The translations under genes and the position numbers were made by a program. A model generated the notes under the pieces. That model had not been told where the DNA came from. It saw only the letters and a program-made list of their open reading frames with translations, and made no database searches. From Botryllus schlosseri (taxonomy: Eukaryota), in the NCBI GenBank assembly GCA_051294905.1, contig CM119372.1, forward strand, positions 29,638,001 through 29,698,000: DNA of 60,000 bases, in the 5' to 3' direction. This document shows positions 36,161 to 47,351 of the stretch, piece after piece. Position 1 is the stretch's first letter. Every line of letters begins with the position of its first letter.

Positions 36161-37644
36161 TTCCCTGAGCAACACACCATTTTGACTTGGTGGTCGTCGT
36201 TTACCCGAGTAAAAATATCATTTTCTTTTGGAGATCCGGCGTTTACCCAGTGTAACAATACATTTTCACTTGGAAAAATACTTTTACCTATAGAGTAACT
36301 AATCATTTCTCCTGGGTAACAAACCCTTTTCGTCTGGAAAACTATCATTTGCCTGAGTACCAATACCGTTTTCACTTGGAAATAATTTTTTCCCTGGGAA
36401 ACAATACCATTTTCGTTATGAAAACTGTCAACCACACCGGACAATTTGATATTTTTGTATATTGTTACAACGGGCAGTGACAAAATATACATCAACAACG
36501 ACTCCGATACATTTGTCTAATCAAATATTCACTTGCTCTGATGCATCCCATCAAAATCATTGGTTACTCACATACAATAACAATGAGCTGTTGTACACCG
36601 AAATGCACGCTTTGGAAAATTGGACAATAGGCTGCGATAGTTCTGCGATGTCCGGGTTCGTGCTTTGGATTTTCCAGAGTCAAAATGTCTGAATAAAACA
36701 CCTCCTCGACGACGGTTGGTATGTGGATAACGGTGTTCGGAAAACGGTTGGATTTATGTCACCCATCGCGATAACAATTCCTGGTCGAGTTTTCCTCCGT
36801 CATGTTTGCTATATTGTGTCTTTATTGGTCAATGTATGTCTCGACATTCAGTTTGAAATCGGAAATGATAAAGTATGTAACCGGATCCGGATATCAGCTC
36901 TGAATCGATAAACCAATGAACAATATTCAAAGTAAACATGTTACACCTGTATTTCCACGAAAAAAATACCATCCAGACATACGTCGCGCTTGTTTGCCCA
37001 CACCAGTATACGCGCAAATGGAGGTGTGTGACATTGCATGCAATGTGTTGGTATACAAACATCGATCCACAGACATTATCATAGCCGGTAGTTTTGATGT
37101 AGATCGAATGTCACCCGATAACAATGTCATACCAATAAGCCACATTGCAATGACTCTGAGTCCGCGCAATAACATCGATATTTCGACACCGTTCACTGAT
37201 TTAGTCGATGGTTTTATTGCGTTGTAACATTACAAGATAGTCATGACCCTATCTCCAGACAGACCACCCAGACCAATTGGATACATCGGTCAATATCCAG
37301 CGTGTTATCGACACCGAAGTTTTCTGCTGAGACTGCAGCGTTCGACCAATGTGAACTATCGAAGTACGGTGCTCGAAATGATTGCGATCAGTCTTTCAGT
37401 CACGATGCATGGATGTCGCTACTCCCACATAACGACTCCAGATAAATATCGTGAACAGTGATTCTGCAAATCTGGGACTGATACTGTGATCAAATAAGGT
37501 GTGTTTCTGCGGAATGAAGACTGCAATCGTACACCGCAATAGAACACTGCCTCGTGATTTCACACCCAATCATAAAACACACTTTCGTAAGGGTCCAGTT
37601 CGTCCGGGGACATTTCAAAACGACCATCACTACAAGAAATCGGG

Positions 37645-37845
37645 GTTTCAGTTTGTCATATCGGTAACATTTTGAAACGGTATCGCGCAAAGTTATTGAC
37701 GTCGATTCAGTTGGTCATATCGGTGATATTTTGAAACGGCGTCACCACAAGGCTATTGACGTCGCTCTCAGTTAGCTGTATCGGTAGCATTTTGAAATTT
37801 TCATCACCACAAGGCTATTGACATCGATTCAGTTGGTCATGTCAA
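37645..37845. repeat. ~60-bp degenerate tandem repeat (3+ units) in the palindrome spacer
   Basis: Recurrent tcagttggtcatatcgg...attttgaaa...caaggctattgacgtcg. Confidence 0.8.
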
Positions 37846-38213
37846 TCCGTTTCACAATCTGTCGTTTTTCAAGTCCCAGCACCATAGTGTTACGACACAG
37901 ACAAGAAGCGTCGGTGGAAATAATAAAACACGGAAGGCACACTTTGGTGTTATTTGACATGGGGTTTACACCAGACGAACCTCACATTCGAGCGATGTAT
38001 TTGAACGGTGATTGTATTATTGATGTCCAGGCAAAAGAAATGTATCGATTTATTGGTTTCGTACATATCCAACAAAAATCTGGGTATATGATTGTGCATG
38101 GTTCGCATATTCGACTGTGAGCGCTCTATTGCTGTATAGTTCACTTTCACCGTCGTGCGAATAACCCATGTTACGGTTCCATGTTTGTGTGTCTGTATGT
38201 CATGCTTCAGATT

Positions 38214-41200
38214 GACTCAGAGTCATTGCAATGTGGCTTATTGGTATGACATTGTTATCGGGTGACATTCGATCTACATCAAAACTACCGGCTATGATAA
38301 TGTCTGTGGATCGATGTTTGTATACCAACACATTGCATGCAATGTCACACACCTCCATTTGCGCGTATACTGGTGTGGGCAAACAAGCGCGACGTATGTC
38401 TGGATGGTATTTTTTTCGTGGAAATACAGGTGTAACATGTTTACTTTGAATATTGTTCATTGGTTTATCGATTCAGAGTTGATATCCGGATCCGGTTACA
38501 TACTTTATCATTTCCGATTTCAAACTGAATGTCGAGACATACATTGACCAATAAAGACACAATATAGCAAACATGACGGAGGAAAACTCGACCAGGAATT
38601 GTTATCGCGATGGGTGACATAAATCCAACCGTTTTCCGAACACCGTTATCCACATACCAACCGTCGTCGAGGAGGTGTTTTATTCAGACATTTTGACTCT
38701 GGAAAATCCAAAGCACGAACCCGGACATCGCAGAACTATCGCAGCCTATTGTCCAATTTTCCAAAGCGTGCATTTCGGTGTACAACAGCTCATTGTTATT
38801 GTATGTGAGTAACCAATGATTTTGATGGGATGCATCAGAGCAAGTGAATATTTGATTAGACAAATGTATCGGAGTCGTTGTTGATGTATATTTTGTCACT
38901 GCCCGTTGTAACAATATACAAAAATATCAAATTGTCCGGTGTGGTTGACAGTTTTCATAACGAAAATGGTATTGTTACCCAGGGAAAAAATTATTTCCAA
39001 GTGAAAACGGTATTGGTACTCAGGCAAATGATAGTTTTCCAGACGAAAAGGGTTTGTTACCCAGGAGAAATGATTAGTTACTCTAGGTAAAAGTATTTTT
39101 CCAAGTGAAAATGTATTGTTACACTGGGTAAACGCCGGATCTCCAAAAGAAAATGATATTTTACTCGGGTAAACGACGACCACCAAGTCAAAATGGTGTG
39201 TTGCTCAGGGAAAAAGGTTTGTTAACCAGAGAAAAAATATATTTCCAAGTGAAAAAGGTTTGTTAACCAGAGAAAAAATATATTTCCAAGTGAAAAAGGT
39301 TTGTTACCCAGAGAAAAAATATATTTCCAAGTGAAAAAGGTTTGTTACCCAGAGAAAAATATATTTCCAAGTAAAAAAAGGTTTGTTAGCCGAGGAAAAA
39401 AATATTTACAAGTGAAAATGGTTTCTTAATCTGGGTAAACGTCAGATCTCCAAAGGAAAATAATATGTTTAGTCAGGTAAACGATGGACTGGCAAGTGAA
39501 AGTGGTAATTTTACATAGGTAAACGTCGTGGGTTCAGTGTCGTTGGTCTTGTTAAATGTTATTGTTTGACGTTGGTATACTATTACGAGTGTGAAAAGGC
39601 TATGTACGTCTTGTGCAGAGTATCGCGACAGTGAACATATTTTTGGTGTGATGAAACAAGATCGTTGTTTACATGTTAATGCATTTCGATTACCGAGTAG
39701 CTGTACAACAGAGAGGAGTCTACAGTTAGCTCGTGCTGTATGCCCCGACGAAAACCACAAGACCACATGTAAATCTATTAGCACAACTCGATGATGTTGA
39801 TATAGTGTTACTTGAATTAATTATTACCTATTTACATACCATAAAAATAAAAATTCATGTCGTAGTAAGTAAGTTTCTTGAACTCGTGCTTGATGAAAAC
39901 GAATGGTGACAAGTATGCGTTTGTGTTTGAGTGAAAAAGAATTATTTAGAGTAGTGACAGTTTGTGACCAATGAATGCAAATCGATCATGATATTACAAT
40001 ATACGCTTTCGTCGACATAACGACTTGGTGTAGAAATACTTTCGCGTTTTTTGAATAACTGGATTCTCGAGACTTGTTACTTGTACGATGTACCGTTGGT
40101 GTGCAAACTATAACGATCATTTTGTATGATAGTATGTTTTACTAGTGAGGACAACCATATGATGACTCACCACTTTTCGTTAGCAAAGTAGATTGATTTG
40201 TGTGTAAGATGTAAGCACCGTAACAAGAAACATACGCACTCTGTTGTTGGAGTAGCTGATTTATTGCTATGACATGGACATATCCTGAAGCCTTGGTTTG
40301 TTGTCTTACGAAAGATGACGCGACCTCGGTGTCGTAAATTGTGTTTACTAAACTCGGGTGGATACCACAATTGTGCTGGGCTTACACACGGTATTCACAT
40401 ACTGTACACATACAAACTTTTGTGTAAACAACTCTGATGTTTCTGTTCGTATTAGTTCTGAGTTGAACTATTTGATTATTAAGATACATGAACATCCATT
40501 GAGACAATAAAGTTCTTAAGGTATCGAAACATTTTGAAAGCAACACCAATCATTGTATAGGTTAGTAGCATGGGAATATTTTCGTGTAACATGAATATAT
40601 TTCATATGGCTTTGGTAAGAAATGAGTTATGCAGGATAATCATACACAACCTACAAAAGTAAACTTGTTGCGTTTGATTGTATACTTTGTATCGAAGTCT
40701 TTGTGATGTTGAAAGACGGTTGTGTTTACATTTGCATTAAGCGGAGTAACTCAAGTAATAAATTTTACTCGTTTGAAAATACCGAACAAGGGATAACAGT
40801 ATCAATATGAGCGGTAATTATTTTTCGTGATATACAACCAATCTTCCAAGCATAACTTTTCCAAAAATCGTCGTGTCATAGTCGGCTGTTACGAATTCGA
40901 AACAAATGTACTTCGATTATCACGTCAAAAGGGGTTGAGATCAACGCAGTATTTCGGAGGTGAATGTGTATCGTTTGGTATGTTCAGCAATCACTAAATG
41001 ACAAAAAATATCGAACTGTGCATACAACTCGGTTAGGTAAACGATACAGTTACAAATCGGATGTAAGCTTGATTTTCAGATGACAGCATGATGATGCAAA
41101 GCTCAACCACTCCATTGTGTTTATTGCAAAGTATTTGACACAGACAAAATATTGAATGACGGCCCACCACTTGGGTTCATTACAAGGTGAGTGAAAATTG

Positions 41201-44200
41201 TTTTCTGTTGGCCAGGTATGATTTGCATTTAGAAAAAACGATCTACGCCGATTAAGTGACGCTGTTTAATATCCGATGAGTGAGTGAAATTTCCTTATGG
41301 TTTGATTTAGCAAGTTAATTATCGGTGATTCAATCAGATACAAGTAATATCTTTTACGGGGTGAGTATTGTGACAACATAAACTTTGACGAATGACCATG
41401 TGGGGAAATTTCCGATTTCTTTGGTCGTGAGCGTTCTACAAATATTTCTGGCGTACATTTAGCAAGCAACCTACAATATTCTTTTGTTATGGTAATGACT
41501 TTCGCAAGTTTGGTTTTATGATTACAATTACTTATTCAAATGATAATTTATGATCACTAACAACAATAGTAACACATTTTGTAGATTTCAGTGTAGCGCC
41601 TATTGCGACTTTGTTAATGCTATGAGTTTTGTGTATTACTCAAGTCTAGTAGAATAGGATGTATCCAGTAAAGATACTCCAAATTGTTTTTGTGTTGATC
41701 AAAGTCTTGAAGTGTAAATCTGTAGACTTCACAACGCCTTAGAGAGTGTGAACGGAATTATGTATTGATCGCCCGCTTCAAACGGTACTCGATACCCAAA
41801 GTTATATTTTCACACTCTGTAAGTTGTGTATGTTTCAATGCGCTGTCACAAATCCCGACAATAAATCGTATCAATTGCTGGATTCAATAGTAACGACGTG
41901 TCATTGTAATATACTGACTCTACACTTAGTCGTTTCAATTATCCGTTGTGAATCGGGATGATAAAGTATTTTGTATCGGATGTTGAATACTGGAATAATT
42001 ACATCTTTAGCGCTGTTTATCGCAAACGATAGATTTTAATAATTGTACTGATTGTTGAATGTAAGAATTCCGATATTGTCGTTTCATCTTTAGTCTTGGT
42101 TACTGGAAATATTTTCTGATATCCGCGATACGCAGAGTGATTTTTACCAAGGTGGAGTAATTTTCCTATCAAGAACATTTCAGACACACATAGTTTTACA
42201 GCTTAATATGTTAATAACATTGGTACTGAAAAGTTTGTTGCTGTCATAACATTTACCACAACGCCGGGTCTAATTAACGCAAATAATTTAATAATCAAGT
42301 CATGATCAACTATTACGTATGTCAAATCAATGTGTCAATCCTTATGTTCACAGCATGATAACTTTCAATGTAACACCGGCGTTTGATCGTAAGAAATGAA
42401 TTCTTAACTACATTGGTCAGACATTCAAATATCATATACTCAAAACATATGTTAATCCCAAGTCACCGACACCGAGAAGTAATTACTTTTGTCTTACAAA
42501 ATATACCGCATAGTAATTTCTTTGTCTTGCAGAATATACCGCGTAGTAATTCCTCCATCTTACAGAATAGTAACGACTTTTCAAGTTGAATAAAAAAAAG
42601 ATGTGTAGGGATATGAATACAACCGAACTTGTTATGGATTTTAGGTTTTAGTGATTGTATGGACTCGTGTATGTTTGGCTGTTTTTCGTACAGATACTGT
42701 TTGAGTTGGTCGGGTAACGGATTTACTTGACAGTGTTTTCGTGGTTGACTCTTTGAATATCGTAAGATGGTAAGATGTCAAGACGTAATACTATTTCCGT
42801 ACACTCAATTACAACAAAACATAACCCGCATTCAAATAATCCGTAAGCTACAAGTGGATTTAAAACTTGATGCTGTTTTGTGGTTAACTCAAGTCAGTAG
42901 TCATGTTTGTATTGATTTCGGGAATGCTCATGACGAGTTGGTCGGGTAAATTAGGTAATGTGGTAGTAACTATGATCTTACCGAGTTGCTGACATTCAAA
43001 TATCTTTTACGCTGTAATATACGGATTTAATTGTGATAAATTATTTCTCAGTTATTGTTCAGACATTCAAATCTCGTATACTCAAAATATAATATGTCCA
43101 AGTCAAAACGTATATGCACCGATTAGTAAATACTTTGTCTTCAGAATAGTAACAACCTTTACAATCGAATAAAAAAAGACCGAGCATACGAATACAACCA
43201 GGATGAATTAATTCAAATTCATGAGTTGCAGTGATATAATCAAGTAGTCATGTTTGTCAATCCTATTTCAATGCACACTACGCCAAAGTCGAAATAATCG
43301 GTTTCGGATTAGGATTTTACAATTATTTCACACCTTTTTGAATAAGCGTCAACTTCACAGAGGATTAGGGTTGGGTCAGAAATAAGTGAAAATTTGTCGG
43401 TATTCGAATCACCGGCAACGCCGGCTCTGTGGTAAACTAATTACTAAAGTAACACCATGCGACTGATTACTAGATTTAGCAAACTATTTCACACTGACTG
43501 GTCTAGTGTAATAATCGATAGTAGCACACGACTGCACGGAAACAATTCAGCGCGCAGGTCATTCGAAATATAGGTCACACGCACTGCTTAATCCTCTTGC
43601 AAGCCACGTTTCCGTTTGTGCGGTTATTGTTGGTGACTCGTACATATTCAACACCGCGCGAGAGATGCCTATACTCGAAAGTAGGCTACGAATCACCGCC
43701 ACGCCCATAAGAAACAATGGCACATCACCAGAGATCCCGTAAGAATACATGACAGACACATTATCGTTGTTAGCATGTCGCCGCACGTATACCTAAAAAC
43801 ATTAGCATGCCACCCCCGGTTTTCACGTTAGCATGCCGCCGCCGCCTATACCCGAAAGTACGAATCATCACCGCATCCATAAGAATAACGATATACACAT
43901 TAACAAAGATTAATTCACATGACTATTTACTTGATACATATTCAACACCGGTCGAGAGATGCATATACCCGAAAGTACGAATCACCGCCACACCCATAAG
44001 AACACATGGTGAATCACCAACACAACCTATACGCGAAAGCACGACATGTGAAAGTACGACGTGCGAGAGATGCCAATACCCGAAAGGGTAATTCACGGCC
44101 GCACCCATAAGAACACATGGCACATCACCACAGATCCCGTAAGAATACATGACACATCACCAGAGATACCATAAGAAACAATGGCACATCACCAGAGATC

Positions 44201-44586
44201 CCATAAGAACCAATCGCACATCACCAGAGACCGCGTAAGAAACAATGACACATAACCAGAGATCCCATAAGAACCAATGGCACATCACCAGAGATCCCTT
44301 AAGAAACAATGGCACATCACCAGAGATCCCGTGAAAATACATGGCACATCATGAGCGATAGGTGGTCTGAAAGGGTACCATCACCAACACGAGTTTTCAT
44401 GGCACATCACCGATGCAGCCTATACCCGAAAGGGTACCATCACCAGAGATCCCATAAGAACACATGGCACATCACGAGCGGAAGGGGGGGTCAAAAGGGT
44501 ACCATCACCAACACGAGTTTCCAGGCACATCACCAGCGCGCCCATAAGAAACCCATAGCCCGTCACGACCGATCATACTAACTACT
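38214..44586 (-). repeat. Right arm of the giant inverted repeat
   Basis: Reverse complement of 30747-37162. Confidence 0.97.
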
Positions 44587-46779
44587 AGCATCAATTTACA
44601 TACTTAAATGCCGAACAATATAGGTCAGATAAACTTCCTGATGTTGACGACCTCATGCGTGCGATATATACATAAGCCGCCGTAAACTACACTTTCGCAC
44701 AATACTACAAGAACTTGAAATAACATAAATATGTAATCTCATTTGTAATGAGTCAGGATGTGCTATCAATTAGCGAGTCCAACATGTTCAGCAATATGAG
44801 CTCTTATTACAACGAATCAGAATTTTTCTACCACTACGTTTCGTGACCGATGATGGTGCACAAATGAATAAAAACATTTCTGGAGATCGTGTGTCGCTAT
44901 CCAGGCGATTCTCGCTAATTGGAGGCACTGATAATATGAATCGCTGAGTTGCAAATGAGCTGTGAAATATTCGGTCAGCATTTCAAAACGACATTTGATA
45001 AAGGAGAATAATACTGTAAAGGTTTTTTCAAAAGTGAGTCTATTCCCCACCAGAAATCCAGAAATTCCCTACCAGTGGGGAATTCCCCACCGTTTGGGAA
45101 CCACTGTGCTGGAGATATACAGTTTTCCTAAAATTGCGATTACAACTGTTACATTAAATTAAAGTTATTTTAATTTTGTACTTTTTGCGAGTACGGGGGT
45201 GCTCATAATAAAATCAATATATGTGACAGTAGTGACACCAACTCGCGCGCAGTGCGAAGCAAAATTTCAAGTAGCATAAATTTTACCCAAAATGAGATAT
45301 TGTTTATGTTAATTTACGAAAAAAAATTCAACTCCCTTCAAGCCTTCAAAATTCCGGACATTTAAGCATATTTCAGTATTTCCTCCCGGACGCATTTTAA
45401 GCAGGGAAATTCCGCACATGTCCGGGTAATTTTGACGTATTGCAACCATAAGTCACATATGCAACATTTTAGTGCCAACTACTAGGATGTCGAATGGTGC
45501 TATGTAGCCTACGTATCGTGCGGTACGTCCCGTCCCGTCCTAACTATTGCCAAACCAGTGCAAAAAATTTCGAAACTACATTCCTTGTGTAGCAAACAAC
45601 AAGTATTGAGATAACTAGGGCGTCGCGACAGCACCGGAGCGATTGTTTAGCGATATTTGCTGGATTGCTTGCTACAAGTCTTTCTTTCGCGCTGCGCGCG
45701 ATCTCCTGTGTATGTTCAATGTTTATGTTTATACATCTCCAGTGCCACAGACAATAAGCGACACACCCCGAAAAGTGGTTACGCATGAACATGACTCCCT
45801 GCATTTTCGAAGACACCACCTACATCAGCTCCGTCGGTATATCTGATCACGTGGGCTGAGAGAGGACTAAAAATAATAGTAATTTAAACAAGAACATATG
45901 TTATTGACGAAATTAATTCATAAACTAGAAGAATTTCGCGCTTCGCGCGTCTAACATCTACTGCTCACTGATATTTCATTGCAATAATACTTGAGATTTT
46001 GGTGCATTAGTCAAAGAAACGTCTTGCGATTCTGGTGCATAAGTCAAAGAAACGTCTTGCGGTCGTAGTTCGGCCAACCTATTCCGGCTCGTTCGTAAAT
46101 CCCGTGATACCGTACCTCGTTCGCTACGGAATAAGGTGTGATGCACTCTACAGACGCACGCTACGTAAGAAGCTACTACATATCCACAATTGAAGGTAAC
46201 TATTGTAGGAAAATACATAACAGCTCCATCAGTAACGAATGCATTTCAACTGCACTACATGCTTGCCGTGTCAACTCCAAGATTCCTACGACATCGCCGG
46301 TTTGCAAAGTTGATAGGACATTGTATCATTGCGTTTCGATTGTCGGATTATAATTTTAGCCATCAACGAGTGAGGCAAATTCATTGCGCTTCATCAGGTT
46401 TTTGTTTCTCTGCGCTGTCATAGTACGTAACACAGTCGGATCTCACATTCCTTGGGGATTTTGAGGGACTTCTGGTGCTCTGAGATTATTAATATTCGGA
46501 TTGTCGGAATTAGTGGGACAATAGCATTCAATTAATATCAGTAATTATAAATTCTGAGCTGTTAATGATGAACAGCGTTATCGCTCGACTATGTGATTGC
46601 GTGATTTTATGTGTAAAATTATTCAAAATTAGTCATTTATGAACAACTATAGAAAATACCAATATTCAGCAAAGGTTTTTCATTATTCTTTTATTTCAGC
46701 AATTTTCTTTAATTCGTCCTAACGTCGCGTAAGGCTCTGCCGCACTTGCATCCACTAAACGCACATCACATCTTACGTG

Positions 46780-47215
46780 TGTTTTGATGAGTCACGTTTT
46801 TAGTTGATCAGTTTGTATGTTTCAGTGAATCAGTTTAATTCAACTGTCCTTTATTTGCGTTCCGTTATTTTCCTCGACACCTCTTAATTGTTCTGTTTGA
46901 TTGATGATTGGTTAATTTAATTGTTGCGCCGTCCGTTCTCGTTTACCTTTATATTGCTCTGTTGCTGTTATTTCTTTTCTCCATTCAACTGTTATCGGAC
47001 GAGCAAGCAATCTTGCGAATCTCGCCATTCACGTATCTATAATTCGGAACAAGCTATTCCGCATTCCACGTTTTGGACTGCTTGTATTTGCGAACAGAAG
47101 AGATTTGAGATACGCAACGCTTGCTTAGTACCCATTGCCAGATTTAGCGTGTAGCAGACAGGATCCCGACACCTGATAAAGTGCCACTCATTGAATTCAG
47201 TGCCGCGTCGGAACA
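46780..47215 (+). repeat. 5' LTR (436 bp)
   Basis: tgttttgatgagtcacg...cgtcggaaca, direct repeat of 49379-49815. Confidence 0.95.
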
Positions 47216-47351
47216 ATTCGCAAGAAGCCAATTAAAGCCGATATCTTTGAGACTTGGTATTAGTCTAGATTCAAGACTCTGCTGCCCTACGAAGATCTAT
47301 CTGCTTTGCACTAAATCTGCGAATATTTATATAGTTTTCATACGTTGACTA

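Larger units (their letters stand above)
30747..37162 (+). repeat. Left arm of the giant inverted repeat (~6.4 kb)
   Basis: Reverse complement of 38214-44586; the ORF track shows mirrored ORFs; only scattered SNPs and small indels differ. Confidence 0.97.
30747..44586. mobile_element. Non-autonomous, giant-palindromic Polinton/Maverick-like element (13,840 bp)
   Basis: Ends agtagttagtatgatcgg...ccgatcatactaactact; exact 6-bp TSD AGCATC (30741-30746, 44587-44592); single AGCATC at the empty site 16564-16569; repeat-rich terminal kilobase; no intact pPolB, integrase or capsid ORF seen. Confidence 0.8.
18546..45688 (+). repeat. Segmental duplication, copy 2 (probably starting near 17675), interrupted by the 13.8-kb palindromic element
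   Basis: 18546-30746 matches 1-16569; 44593-45688 matches 16570-17674. Confidence 0.95.

Noticed and set aside
31760..43570. Naming Polinton genes (pPolB, integrase, capsid) in the arms
   Set aside because: No diagnostic motifs (e.g. DxxSLYP, KxxxNSxYG, YxDTDS, integrase DDE context) were recognisable; the short ORFs are left unassigned.
30747..44586. Palindrome as a long-read fold-back assembly artefact
   Set aside because: It has an exact 6-bp TSD matching the empty site, flanks continue colinearly on both sides, and the arms differ by SNPs and a minisatellite unit around a unique spacer. Read-level confirmation is still advisable.
46921..47231. ORFs overlapping the LTRs (also 49439-49972)
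   Set aside because: Chance ORFs in LTR sequence; frames differ between the two LTRs.
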